DNA of 63,998 bases, filler included, from Acidimicrobiia bacterium (GCA_041619515.1; 8 parts of 8 records of this genome joined end to end with filler, not necessarily neighbours in it); one strand, 5' to 3'; numbered from the whole stretch's first letter, positions 46,936 through 58,057 are shown. Translations and numbers: made by a program. The notes: generated from the letters alone by a model not told the origin.

Positions 46936-49900
46936 GTGAGGAGCGCAGGTACTGCGGCACGCAGTGTCGGGGTCGGAGCCGTTTTCGTCGTGTTGGGCCT
47001 GATGCTGGCTCCGATCGGACCTGCCGGCGCCGAGTCCGTCGTCGAGTTCTCCAAGGCCTTTTCTCCGGACGTGATAGGCCCGGGCAGCACCACCACCCTC
47101 ACGTTCACCATCGCCAACCCGGACGTGAGCCCGGTGAGCGATCTCGCTTTCACCGATGTGCTTCCCCCTGAGATCGTCATCGCCACCCCCGCCCGGGCAC
47201 AGTCGAGTTGCGAGGGTGATCTCACCCTGCCCGACAACGCCACCATCACGCTAAGTGGTGGCAGGGTGGGAGCTTTCGCGTCGTGCTCGATCTCGGTCGA
47301 CGTCACCAGCAGCACGCCCGGTGGCCCGTACACCAACACCTCCGGCGACCTCACCTCGAGCGCCGGCAACAGCGGCCCTGCCAGCGCCAACCTAACCGTC
47401 GATGCCGGCCGTCCCGGAATCCTCAAGAGCTTTACTCCGCCCACCATCAGCCCCGGAGAGACGAGCGTCCTCACCCTGACGATCGACAATTTCGCCAACA
47501 CCAACAGCGTGGAAAACCTGGTGATCGACGATTTCTTGCCGCCAGGGATGGTGGTGGCCACACCCAGCAACGCAACCACCGATTGTGAGAGCGCCTCCGG
47601 TCAGGCCCTGCTAACGGCCGACCCGGGCGGCGGGATCATCTCCCTCCGCGTCTTCGGCTCACCGACCTTTCCGGCGGTCGGGCCGCTGTCGAGTTGTTCG
47701 GTCACCGTCGACGTCACGACGGCCGGAACCGGAACCTTCGTCAACACCACGGATGAGCTGCTGACCGGCTCCGGTCTAGACGTCTCGAGTGGCTTTGCCG
47801 GCGCGGTATTGGAGGTCCCGAGAGCTTTCATCAGCAAGACTTTCACGGACGACCCGGTCCTGCCCGGTGACCAGGCCACCCTCAGGTTCACCCTCACCAA
47901 CCTCGACCGGGCACAGGCTGCGACGGCCATTGGGTTCACGGACGACCTCGGTGCCGCCCTGACGGGCCTCGAAGCGACCGCCGTGCCCGCCAGCCCATGC
48001 GGCGCCGGCAGCAGCATCACCGGCACGGGTGTGCTGTCCTTGTCGGGCGGCACCCTGGCTCCGGAGGCCTCTTGCACGTTCGAGGTGACGGTGCTGGTGC
48101 CGGGAGACGCCGATCCCGGGACGTACACGAACACGACATCACCGGTGACCTACCAGCGCGGCGGCACAGGAGTGGTGGATTCGCCGGCGTCGGCCACCCT
48201 GGTCGTCGCCCCACTCGGGATCATCAAAGAGTTCATCAACGATCCGGTGGCGGCCGGGGGCACGGCCCCGCTCCGCTTCACGATCACCAACGCCGGCGAT
48301 CTCCCCGCCACCGATGTCGCTTTCGAAGACGAGTTCAACAGCATCTTCGCGACGGCCTCGGCGGGGCCCGACAGCACCTGCGGCGGTACCGTGTTCTTCA
48401 CGCCGCTCGGGACCTCCCCGGCTCGACTCTCGCTGTCGGGCGGCTCCCTGGCGGCCGGTGCCTCCTGCACGATCGACATCACCCTCGACGTGCGCCCAGG
48501 TGTCGTCTCCGGCATCTACCCGAACACGACCGGCCAACTGACCGCCACCATCGGAACTGCAGCATTCTCGGGCAAGCCGGCCACCGACGAGGTGACCGTG
48601 CTCGGAGCTCCGGCGCTCCGCAAGGACTTCATCGACTCGCCGGTCGAGCCCGGCGACACGGTGACCCTGGAGTTCACCCTCGTCCATGATGAGTTGGCGG
48701 CGGGCGACGCCACCGCCGTCACGTTCACCGACGACCTCACGTTCGTTTTCGGGCTGACCGCAGTCGGCCTGCCGATGACCGACCTGTGCGGGCCGGGCAA
48801 CGGAACCCTGAGCGGATCGGCGAGCGATACTCTGCTGACCGCATCGGGCATCACGCTGACACCAGGGCAGGAGTGCACTTTCGCCGTGACCCTGCAGGTC
48901 GGCGCCGGCGCCGACGTCGGCACGCACACCAACACCACCAGCGAGCTGAGCGCCACGGTGTTGGGACTTGCGGTCACCGGCAATTCCGCCACCGACGATC
49001 TGATCATCGCCGGCCTCGTGCTGACGAAGGAATTCACCGACGACCCGGTCATTCCGGGTGGCACGGTGACGCTCCAGTTCACCCTCGACAACCTCAGTAG
49101 CACCGAGACGGCCTCGTCGATCTCGTTCCAGGACGACCTCGACGCCGTCGTGGGCGGCTTGGCGGCGGCATCCGGCGAGCTGCCCGCGTCCGGCTGCGGA
49201 GGCACCCTCTTGGGGTCGGCGGGCGACACGTTCCTGCTGTTCTTTGGGGGGTCGCTGGCGCCCCTCGCGACCTGCTCGTTCAGCATCACACTCGACGTGC
49301 CCGCAGGCGCCGCCTCGGACACCTACCTCAACACGACCAGCGGGTTCCAAGCAGTGTTCGGCGGCTCGGGCGTGAGCTTTCCGAACGCGACCGACACCCT
49401 CGTGGTCGACGGCGAGCTCATCGAGCTCGACAAGGAATTCACCGACGACCCGGTTGCCCCGGGTGATACGGCCAACCTCAGGTTCACGATCACCAACCTC
49501 GACGCCGGGCAGGCCATGACCGCCATCGCCTTCACCGACAACCTCGGTGACGCCGGTGGCACCCGGGCCGGCCTGGCGGCCACCGGCCTCCCGATGCCCG
49601 CCTGCGGTGGAACGCTCACCGGTACCACGACGATCGCGCTGTCGGGGGCGTCGCTCCCTGCCGGCGGCTCGTGCACCTTCGACGTGTCGCTCTCCGTGCC
49701 CGCAGGAGCGGCGCCCGGGACCTACCCGAACACCACCAGCCAGGCATCCGGAACCGTCGGCGGCCTTCCCGTGACCGGCAGCCCTGCCACCGATACGCTG
49801 CGGGTGACCCAGGTCGAGTTCACCAAGGCCTTCAGCGGGCCGGCGGTGGCAGGTGACGCCACCACACTGACATTCACGATTCAGAACCTCGACACCAGCG

Positions 49901-50190
49901 CCGGTGTCAGCCCGCTCCAGTTCTCCGATGACCTCGAGGCCATGCTCACCGGCGCCGCCGCCGCCGACCTGCCCAAGACCAATGTCTGCGGCCCCGGCTC
50001 CCAGATATCCGGTACCGGATTCGTGACGCTCACCGGAGCCAGCCTCGGGCCGGGAGGCTCGTGCACGTTCGACGTCACAGTCTCGATTCCGGCCGCCACC
50101 CCGGCCGGGATCTACGACAACGAGACCAGCGACCTGATCTCCTCAGGGGTTCCGGTGGCCGAGCCGGCGACGGCGTCGCTGGCGGTGACC
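46936..50190 (+). CDS. large secreted protein with at least 8 DUF11/DUF7933-like Ig repeats (3' truncated)
   Basis: RBS GAGGAGG then GTG 46936, signal peptide (..AGA|E), ~135-aa repeats K.F..P...G....L.FT..N...F.D.L...C...SC...Y.N.T. Confidence 0.82.
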
Positions 50191-50290
50191 NNNNNNNNNN
50201 NNNNNNNNNNNNNNNNNNNNNNNNNNNNNNNNNNTTAATTAATTAANNNNNNNNNNNNNNNNNNNNNNNNNNNNNNNNNNNNNNNNNNNN
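50191..50290. other. artificial contig spacer
   Basis: N run with TTAATTAATTAA. Confidence 0.99.
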
Positions 50291-52467
50291 ACCACGGCGC
50301 GGTAGTCCTCGGGCAGGCCGGTTTGCTCGGTGGTCATCGTGACAACCTCACGCGGGTCGCACCCCTCGCCGACCAGCTGGGAGACGGCCGCCACGGCCAG
50401 GACGGTCCCCTGGCTGTGAGCCCGGACCACAACACCCTTGCCCGCCGCCACCTGTTCGCGCAGGTACTCGCGCAGCATCGGGACCGCTCGCTCGGCGTAG
50501 CAGGGCGCTCCGAGGGGATGGAACCGGCGAGGGAAGAAGGTGATGCTGTCCCACACCTTTCCGACCTGGCGGCGGGCGCCGCGGTCCCGGCCGCTGGCAC
50601 GGATGATGAGCACCCCCGGAAACACATACAGGAGGAGCGCCCACGAGAAGGCAGCCCGCACCGAGTCGGTCCACATCTCGCCGGTCCCGCCGATGCCGAG
50701 CAAAGGCTGGGCGAGAAGATCGAAATCCTTCACTGAGTCGGCGTAGCGGACGGCTCTCGAGATGACGTACATCCCCGCCAGCAGCACCCCGACGGTGAAT
50801 CCGCTGAGGAAACGATCGACGTTGCGGCCGAGCTGGCTCACCAGCCTCGTGCGGGCCACCAGTGTCTTGAACTTCGCCCATTCGAACGGGGTGAAGCCGG
50901 CCTCACCGTGGGGGAAGTCGGCGGCCACCCCCGGGGTGTATTGGTTCAGCAGGCCTCTCACCATGGGCAGGGCGGTTGCGGCCAGGCCCAGGGTGAAGGC
51001 CACCACGAAGATGTCGACGGCCAGGCCCGGGGAGGCGACGTGGCCCGACTCGGCGGAGCCCAGCTTGAATGCGTCTCCGGTCCGATCCAGATAGTCGACC
51101 AGCCGGATGACCACCGCACCGAACCCGGCGCTGGCGATGGCAAACCCGGTGACGACCGCCACCGCAGGCGCCAGCAGCCGAAATCGGTCCCCGACCGGCG
51201 GCGTGAGGTCGAATATCCGGCTCCATCGGATCCGATGCCAGTTGTTCTTGACCACAAAGAGCGCTCCGAACAGCAATCCGACCACCTCGATGGCGAACAG
51301 CCACGAGACGGCGGTGGGAAACCCGAGACCACCCTCGAGTGGTGTCGCGTCGAGGGCGCCGAGTGTGAAGTCCGGGATCAAAGGCAGGTCGACCACCCGT
51401 TCGGCTTTTCGGAGGTCGAAGGCCAGCCAGCCTGCCACGGCTCCGGCGCCGAGCGCGGCAGTCAGGCTGAGCAGCGTGGTCACCATCCGCCCGAAGCGAT
51501 CCTCACGCATCTCGCCCTTGTCGTCGACAATCGGCGGCCGCAGGACCCACGCCAGCGCGGCGAAGGCCACCACCCCCAGAATGATCGACCACACGAGCGA
51601 CGCACCGTCGTCACCCGTCTCGAACGACTCACCGTGCTCGGCCGCGAACGAGACGGCGTATGCGACCAGGCCGGCGCAGAGGGCGCCACCCCACAACCCG
51701 TGAGTGCGGAACGACCGGTACCACTCCTCCCAGTTGTACCAGAAGCGGGGGTGGCGGAGGTTGTCGTTGCGCCGCACCGGATGCGGATCGCGTGCCATGG
51801 AGCGGCGCACTGGGTCCGGCTCGTACTCCTCATACCGGCGGTGAGTCAGCCTCCCGGCGTACAGCAGCAGCACAAAGGCGATGAACAGGACGAGACCGCC
51901 GACTGAGATCCTCCACAGGTCGTTGCCCGAGAACCAGCGGAGCGGCAGCAGCCACGACCGATTGACGCACTCCACCTCCCGACCGCACTGATAGCTGCCG
52001 ATGTCGAGGACGATCACCGAAGTCCACAGCACGTAGACCATCGTCATGAGAACTCCCGCCCACCGGATCAGCCCCCGCAACGGGACGATCTCCTGGTTGT
52101 TTCGCATCCAGTCGGCGATCGGTCGCCGCATCCGGCCCGCGTCTCGCCGGCTGGGGTCGCGGTCCTCGTCTCGCTCGGCGTACACCATCCAGCCGGCGAC
52201 GTTGATCAAGGAGAAGGGAAGGAGCACCCACCACAGGGCCTGGACTGCCGAGCGGGATGTGAGCCCGCCCCAGATGAACGCTTCCACGTCCTGGCCGTCG
52301 GGACCCTTCTCCTCCCGGCCGAAGAAGCCGGCGAGCGTTTGCCCGGCACCGTCTCGCGGAATCGGGTCGGAGGTGTCGAGAACCTCCGCCGCGCTGGGGC
52401 CGCCCACTCCGTGGACGCGCAGCTCGACGACGGGAACGTTGCCACGACCCGGATTCTCGCCTGTCAC
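50291..52467 (-). CDS. polytopic membrane protein with split lipase-like alpha/beta-hydrolase domain (3' truncated)
   Basis: N-terminal ELRVHGVGG, many TM helices, then WD..TF.PR..HP...PCYAERAVP and AHSQG nucleophile elbow. Confidence 0.75.
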
Positions 52468-52645
52468 GATCGTCCTTCCCGCTGCGCCGCCTCATTGTGC
52501 CAGACCGCTGTCTCGGTTATGTCTCCCATCGTCCTGCCACCGGACCGTTTGTAAGTCACAAGCTCAAGCTTCCAGATCCAAGAAACCAGGTTGAAAGCGG
52601 AGGCGATCACTGACACACTTGGCGGAATTGCATGGGAGGGTCAGC

Positions 52646-53626
52646 ATGCGTTTCGAAGCTTCGGTCACGTCGATCTCGTGGATCCCGTCGGAATCCATGA
52701 CCGGGCCACTCCGGGTGCCCGTCGATATGGGGATCGGGCACTACGACGATCCGCTACCGGACCACGTCGACGATCTCGGCCACCTGCGCCGCCAGGACCG
52801 GTTTCGTTTTGCCAACCATCTGGAGGCCTGGATCGAAGTCGAGGGAGACCGCATCGTCGACTTCGGGTATTCGGGGCGCGGCCACATGGGAGCGACGACT
52901 ATCTCGCTGGGGCTCGCCCACATCACGATCCCGGCGGTGGCCTTCCCAGACTTGCAGCAAGAGCCGGTCGTAACGGAAAGCTCGGTGACCTTCGCTCAGA
53001 CAACCGGCGGGCGAACCGGCGCCCCGCTCCCCCACCGCATCGACCATCCACCGTTCGTGAAGATCTCCGCTCCGACGGTCTGGACCACCCTGTCGTTGAC
53101 CCTCCACCGGGACGGGAGCCACAACTTCGAGCTGACCGGCGCCAGCAAGATGCCGCGCCACTGGGTCTACGACACCAATGGTGACCTGGCCGCCAAGAGC
53201 GGGATGATCGACTTCAAAGGCTGGACCCACGAGGACTTCGGGAACCAAACGCCGTGGGGCGATACCGACTCGCCCGTCATCGTCACGGCGGTGGAGTCGG
53301 CGCTCGAGCGGGTGCTCTCGGTCCGGATCATGTCCGAAGGCGCCAAGCCGTCGTTCCGCAAGCTGGCCGAGGGCGAAGAGCTGGTGCACCAGGGCGATGC
53401 CGGCGACGATCTCTTCCTGCTGCTCGACGGCATCCTGGTGGTAGAGGTGGATGGTGAGGAGGTGGCCGAAGTCGGGCCGGGGGCGGTGCTGGGTGAGCGG
53501 TCCATACTCGAAGGCGGCCGGCGGACGGCCAGCCTGCGTGCGGCCACCCCGGCGCGGGTGGCGGTGGCACCCGTCGACAAGATCGATCGGGAGGCTCTCG
53601 AAGAACTGGCAAAACGCCACCGCTGA
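52646..53626 (+). CDS. protein with unknown N-terminal domain and C-terminal cyclic-nucleotide-binding domain
   Basis: L..GE.L..QGD.GD.LF.LL.G, GPG..LGE.S...G.RTAS; RBS GGGAGG before ATG 52646. Confidence 0.85.
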   Translation: MRFEASVTSISWIPSESMTGPLRVPVDMGIGHYDDPLPDHVDDLGHLRRQDRFRFANHLEAWIEVEGDRIVDFGYSGRGHMGATTISLGLAHITIPAVAFPDLQQEPVVTESSVTFAQTTGGRTGAPLPHRIDHPPFVKISAPTVWTTLSLTLHRDGSHNFELTGASKMPRHWVYDTNGDLAAKSGMIDFKGWTHEDFGNQTPWGDTDSPVIVTAVESALERVLSVRIMSEGAKPSFRKLAEGEELVHQGDAGDDLFLLLDGILVVEVDGEEVAEVGPGAVLGERSILEGGRRTASLRAATPARVAVAPVDKIDREALEELAKRHR

Positions 53627-53638
53627 CGGTTCACACGA

Positions 53639-55045
53639 CTACGGCAGAACCATTGTTCCCAGCATCGGCATCCGGGGCTGCTGCTGATCATTGATCAGCT
53701 CGGCAACTGCATCTCGAGGCGTGCGGCCGTCGTGCACCCGGCGGGCGAGCGCCGCCACCACCCGGGGGGCCGCGAACGAGGTGCCGCTCCACACCGCCCA
53801 CCCCCCGAAGTCGTCGGCGTCGCGGCCGTCGAGCCCGGGTGGCTCGGCGCCGTTGAACCCGTCGAAGAAGAGGCTGACGACGTCGGTGCCGCGGGTGCAG
53901 GCTCGCACCCATGGCCCGTAGTTGGTGTACGTCGCCGGCCGCTCATTCTCATCGAGCGCGCCCACGCTCACCACCTCAGGCAGCACTGCCGGGTAGGTAG
54001 GGATGCAGGTGGCATCGTTGCCGGCCGAGGCGACGACCACGGTCCCGGCCCGGTGGAGCGCGGCGATGGCATCGGCGAGCACCTCCATGCCCAGCGGGGA
54101 GTACCCCCCGAATGACAGGTTGACGAGGTGGGGCCGCTCTTCCTTGGGCCTGAGGGCGAGGCGCACCAGTTCGGCGGTGATCTCGGCTTCGCCGCCGTCT
54201 CCGTAGGTGGTGAGAACCTCGAAGATCTCCAGCCGGCACCCGGGGGTGAGCTGCTCGATGACGCCGGCGATAAACGTGCCGTGCCCGGCCACCGGGTCGA
54301 GGTAGTTGTCGCCGTCTTCGTCGGGCGCCTCGCCACCATGGACGTCGAGGTTCATGTTTGGCAGCCCACCGGGCTGATGGGCCTCGGCGAACCCGGTGTC
54401 GAGGATGGCAATGTGGACGCCGTCTCCCGGCTCCGGCCTATCGATCACGGGCGCGGCTGCCGGCCGGGCCGAGCTGCGGCGCCTCCCCGTCGCCTGAATC
54501 CAGGGAGCGGCCGCCGGGTTCGGGTTGGCCAGGAATGGGTTGGCGAGGAATGGGTTGGCCAGGAACGGGTTGGCGCCAACCGCACCTCCGCAGCCGCAGC
54601 CGCAGCACCCGGCGTTGGCCAGGAACGGATTGGCCAGGAACGGATTGGCCAGGAACGGATTCGCCAGGAACGGGTTGGCCAAGAACGGGTTGGCGAGGAA
54701 CGGGTTGGCCAGGAACGGATTGGGCTCGACATCTCCGCCGGCGACGTGCGCCGGGTGTGGTGGGCAGCATCCCGTCGCGAACAGGACGTGGTTTGGCTGC
54801 GACATCACGCCCACCCCGCGCAGCTCGCCCATCGCAGCAATGGGGTCGGGCACCCCGGTGAACTGTCTCCAGGTTCCCTCGACGATCTCCAGGAAGTCGA
54901 TCCCGGCTTCGGGGTACAGCCCGTTCAGGGTGTCCCAGGCCAGCTCGGCCGGAGCCCCCGAGCGAACCAGTAGCTCCCCGGGTCGGTAGGCAACCCCTCC
55001 ACTGGGCGTGAACTGCACCCGTCCTTGCCAAGGTCCGTCGGGCAT
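53639..55045 (-). CDS. cytoplasmic S8 subtilase with (NPFLA)7-Cys-rich-(NPFLA)3 insert
   Basis: Triad IAILDTG / GHGTF / SGTSFAAP, oxyanion SAGN; no signal peptide; RBS GGAGGGAGG. Confidence 0.92.
   Translation of the reverse strand: MPDGPWQGRVQFTPSGGVAYRPGELLVRSGAPAELAWDTLNGLYPEAGIDFLEIVEGTWRQFTGVPDPIAAMGELRGVGVMSQPNHVLFATGCCPPHPAHVAGGDVEPNPFLANPFLANPFLANPFLANPFLANPFLANPFLANAGCCGCGCGGAVGANPFLANPFLANPFLANPNPAAAPWIQATGRRRSSARPAAAPVIDRPEPGDGVHIAILDTGFAEAHQPGGLPNMNLDVHGGEAPDEDGDNYLDPVAGHGTFIAGVIEQLTPGCRLEIFEVLTTYGDGGEAEITAELVRLALRPKEERPHLVNLSFGGYSPLGMEVLADAIAALHRAGTVVVASAGNDATCIPTYPAVLPEVVSVGALDENERPATYTNYGPWVRACTRGTDVVSLFFDGFNGAEPPGLDGRDADDFGGWAVWSGTSFAAPRVVAALARRVHDGRTPRDAVAELINDQQQPRMPMLGTMVLP
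54527..54721 (-). repeat. 15-nt coding tandem repeats (7 units at 54617-54721, 3 units at 54527-54571) encoding NPFLA
   Basis: Units AAY CCR TTC YTS GCS differ only at synonymous positions; separated by [15 protein letters not shown]. Confidence 0.97.
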
Positions 55046-55074
55046 AGACCCTCCCTCCGGCGACTCACGTGAGC

Positions 55075-57705
55075 CTACTCCTCTGCCGTGAGCCCGGCCG
55101 GGACGAGCTGGGCCCCGGTCAGCTCGAGAGCCTCGGGCATCGACATGCGACGGCCGTCGGCCGCCGCTTGCTCGAACGTGTCGCCCCCGAGCTGCGCGCG
55201 TGCCCGGGCCAGCAGCTCGTCGCTTTCCCTACGATCGTCGTCGTACAGCACCAGACCGGTGTCGGCCAGCAGTAGCTCACCTCTGGCATGCAATTGCACC
55301 GCGGTGGGCCAGTCCGCCCGGTGCCCCGCCAGGCGGGCAGCCACGATCATCGAGAAGGCCAGCACCGTCACCGAGCCCTGGGCGACCGCCAGCTCGAAAC
55401 AGGCCGCCTGATGCCGGGCGGCTGCCTCGAAGTCGCCGAGGCGCAAAGCCACCTCAGCGAGGTTGCCCTGGGCGCTGGCGATGTACCCGTCGTATCCGAC
55501 GGCCCGGTTCAGCTCGAGTTCGCGACTGAACGCTTCCCGTGCCGCCTCGAGGTCGCCGAGGGCACCGAAGGTGGTCCCGAGCAAGTTGTACATGCGAGAG
55601 CGGCTCCGGTCGGTGAGGGGTCGTTCCAGGGCGGCGCGGGCGATGCGGACCGCTCCTTCGAGGTCCCCGGACCTCCTGGCGATCTCCCCCCGGGCTCGAT
55701 CGACGGCAACCTCGTCCCACTCGGGAACGCCCTCCTTCTCCCGAAGGGCGTCGGCGTCTTCTACCAGCCAGGCCGCCGTCTCGATGTCGTCGGTGCGGAG
55801 ATGGAGAAAGGCGAGGGTGGTGAGCAGCGAGACCCGGGTCTCGGTGGGATCGGACAGCACATCGACGTAGCGGGTGAGCTCGCCGATGCCGTCGAGGAAG
55901 GTGTGGACGGCGTCGTTGTGGTAGCGGCCGAGCGTGCAGGCAACCTGCTGGGCTTGCTCCTGTCGCCCGGGCGGGAGGAGCAGGATCAGGCCCCGCAGGT
56001 TGTCGAGCTCGAGGCCGACCTCGCTCGCCCAGGAGCGCCCCGGCGGCATCCAGGGCCCGAGCCGGCCCAGGAAGAACTCGGCTAGCCCGGTGGCAACCTC
56101 TCCCGTCTCACCGGCTGCGTCGAGCAACCCCCTCCCGTAGGTCCGCATGGTTTCGAGCAGCCGGTACCGGGTGGTGTCGGCCGTCAAATCGGTTTCCACC
56201 AGCGAACGGTCGACGAGCGACCACACGAGCGGCGCAACATCGCGGGTGTCGAGGTCGCGGCGGCCGATGGCAGCGGCCGCTTCCTCCCGTGAGAAGCCCG
56301 AGCTGAACACCGACAGGCACCGGAACGCCATTCGCTCCTGTTCGGTAAGCGACTCGTAGCTCCACGACAGGAGCTGCTCGACGCTGGCATGCCGGCCGGT
56401 TGAGGCGCGGTCCCTGGCCCGGAGAACCCGAAACCGGTCGGCAAGCTCGGCGAGGATCTCGGCCGGAGACTCGACGGCCACCAGCGCCGCCGCCAGCTCG
56501 ATAGAAAGCGGAAGGCCGTCCAGCGTCCGGCAGATCTCTGCCACCACTGCGGCATTCCCGTCGTCGACCTCGAACCCGGGCCGGGCCGCCGCCGCCCGGG
56601 TGGCGAACAGGCGGCCGGCGGCGGAGGACAACACGGACTCGGGGTCGGCATCCGGTGCATTCGGAACGCCGAGCGGATCGATGTGCCAGAGGATCTCGGC
56701 GGGCAACCGAACCGGCTCCCGACTGGTGGCGAGCACGGCCACTCCCGGACAGTGCGCCTGCACAGATGCGATGTGGTGACGGCACGACTCGAGCAGGTGC
56801 TCACAGTTGTCGAGCACGATCACCGCCCGTCGGTCGCGCAGCTGATCGAGCACATCGTCCCACCGCTCCCGGCCCGGCTTGGCAGGTGCCCCGATCGCAT
56901 CGGCGATGGCGGCGGCGACGAAAGCAGCATCGGAAACACCGGCCAGGTTGACGAGCCACACCCCGTCGGGCCATGCCGAGGCGATGTGCACGCCGACCTC
57001 CTCGGCAACCCGGGTCTTGCCGACACCGCCGGGGCCCAGCAGCGTGACGAGGCCTCCGGCCGCCACCCGGTCGGTGATCTGGTCGATGACCTCCTGCCGG
57101 CCCACCGTGGCGGTCGGGCGGCTGCTGATGTTATGACCGTCGGCGGGGATGGCCCGGACGGCCGGGAACGATTCGCCCAGCCCGGCCCCGACGACCTGAT
57201 AGAGATTCTGCGGCTCGTCGAAGTCACGGAGGCGGAAGCGACCCAGCTTCCGCAGGTCGACTCCCCCTCCCCCCAGTGCATCTGCGGTGTCCTGGGATAC
57301 GAGCACCTGCCCCCCGTGGGCGGCAGCCATGATGCGGGCCGCCTGGTGGACGGCCAGCGAAACGTATCGTCCTTCCCGGGGTGAGGCGAGCCCGGTGTGG
57401 ACGCCTACCCGGTCCCGGACCCTCATCCCGGCGCCCCACGTCTCGGCCTCCATCCGCTGCACGGCTTCCAAACAGGCCGAGATGGCATCCGCTGCGTTCT
57501 CGAATGCCACGAAGAATGAATCGCCTTCCGTGGAAACCTCGTACCCGTTGTGACGGTTCCAGGCGAGTCGCAGCAGCTCGTTGTGGCGATCGAGCAGCTC
57601 AACGTACCGGCCACCGAGCTGGTGAAAGAGCCGAGTTGAGCCCTCGATGTCGGTGAAGACAAACGTCACCATTCCGCCGGGAGCGGAGACCCGCGTCGAG
57701 GCCAT
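55075..57705 (-). CDS. class III nucleotide cyclase-STAND ATPase-TPR protein
   Basis: FTDIEGST, EGDSF, RVGVHTG, AARI; Walker A GPGGVGKT, VLDNCEH, ATSRE, LDGLPL.IELAAA, YRLLET.R; TPR C-terminus. Confidence 0.92.
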   Translation of the reverse strand: MASTRVSAPGGMVTFVFTDIEGSTRLFHQLGGRYVELLDRHNELLRLAWNRHNGYEVSTEGDSFFVAFENAADAISACLEAVQRMEAETWGAGMRVRDRVGVHTGLASPREGRYVSLAVHQAARIMAAAHGGQVLVSQDTADALGGGGVDLRKLGRFRLRDFDEPQNLYQVVGAGLGESFPAVRAIPADGHNISSRPTATVGRQEVIDQITDRVAAGGLVTLLGPGGVGKTRVAEEVGVHIASAWPDGVWLVNLAGVSDAAFVAAAIADAIGAPAKPGRERWDDVLDQLRDRRAVIVLDNCEHLLESCRHHIASVQAHCPGVAVLATSREPVRLPAEILWHIDPLGVPNAPDADPESVLSSAAGRLFATRAAAARPGFEVDDGNAAVVAEICRTLDGLPLSIELAAALVAVESPAEILAELADRFRVLRARDRASTGRHASVEQLLSWSYESLTEQERMAFRCLSVFSSGFSREEAAAAIGRRDLDTRDVAPLVWSLVDRSLVETDLTADTTRYRLLETMRTYGRGLLDAAGETGEVATGLAEFFLGRLGPWMPPGRSWASEVGLELDNLRGLILLLPPGRQEQAQQVACTLGRYHNDAVHTFLDGIGELTRYVDVLSDPTETRVSLLTTLAFLHLRTDDIETAAWLVEDADALREKEGVPEWDEVAVDRARGEIARRSGDLEGAVRIARAALERPLTDRSRSRMYNLLGTTFGALGDLEAAREAFSRELELNRAVGYDGYIASAQGNLAEVALRLGDFEAAARHQAACFELAVAQGSVTVLAFSMIVAARLAGHRADWPTAVQLHARGELLLADTGLVLYDDDRRESDELLARARAQLGGDTFEQAAADGRRMSMPEALELTGAQLVPAGLTAEE

Positions 57706-57957
57706 ACCGCCAGTCTTCCACGCCCTCCAACCACCAACAACCGGTCGCCGGCCGAGCGGCATACCCGCCGAAACTCGGGGCGTGGCGTGAACCTTCGGCA
57801 GCCCTGAAGCGTGTGTGGGCCGTGAGCAACGCCTGGAGCGAGGCCTGGGCAACAACTCAGCTTCGGCATCGAAGGTCTCTCGCCCGGTTCCTACCTCGTG
57901 AGCATCGTCCCGTTCGACCCGGGTGACGCCAGCAGCCGGGGGGCATCTTCTTTGACT

Positions 57958-58057
57958 NNNNNNNNNNNNNNNNNNNNNNNNNNNNNNNNNNNNNNNNNNN
58001 NTTAATTAATTAANNNNNNNNNNNNNNNNNNNNNNNNNNNNNNNNNNNNNNNNNNNN
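57958..58057. other. artificial contig spacer
   Basis: N run with TTAATTAATTAA. Confidence 0.99.

Noticed and set aside
54527..54721. Tandem repeats as a CRISPR array
   Set aside because: The period is 15 nt with no unique spacers, the repeats are in frame within a protease with only synonymous variation, and there are no cas genes.
54525..54989. Plus-strand ORF with (ARNGL)n repeats, and other-frame repeat ORFs
   Set aside because: These are shadows of the NPFLA array. The repeat is invariant only in the S8 frame (ARNGL varies to ARNGF and AKNGL).
8564..58057. Seven identical N-flanked TTAATTAATTAA elements at ~8 kb spacing
   Set aside because: These are artificial contig linkers: exactly 100 nt, stops in all frames, contigs in decreasing length order. 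Gene adjacency across them has no biological meaning.
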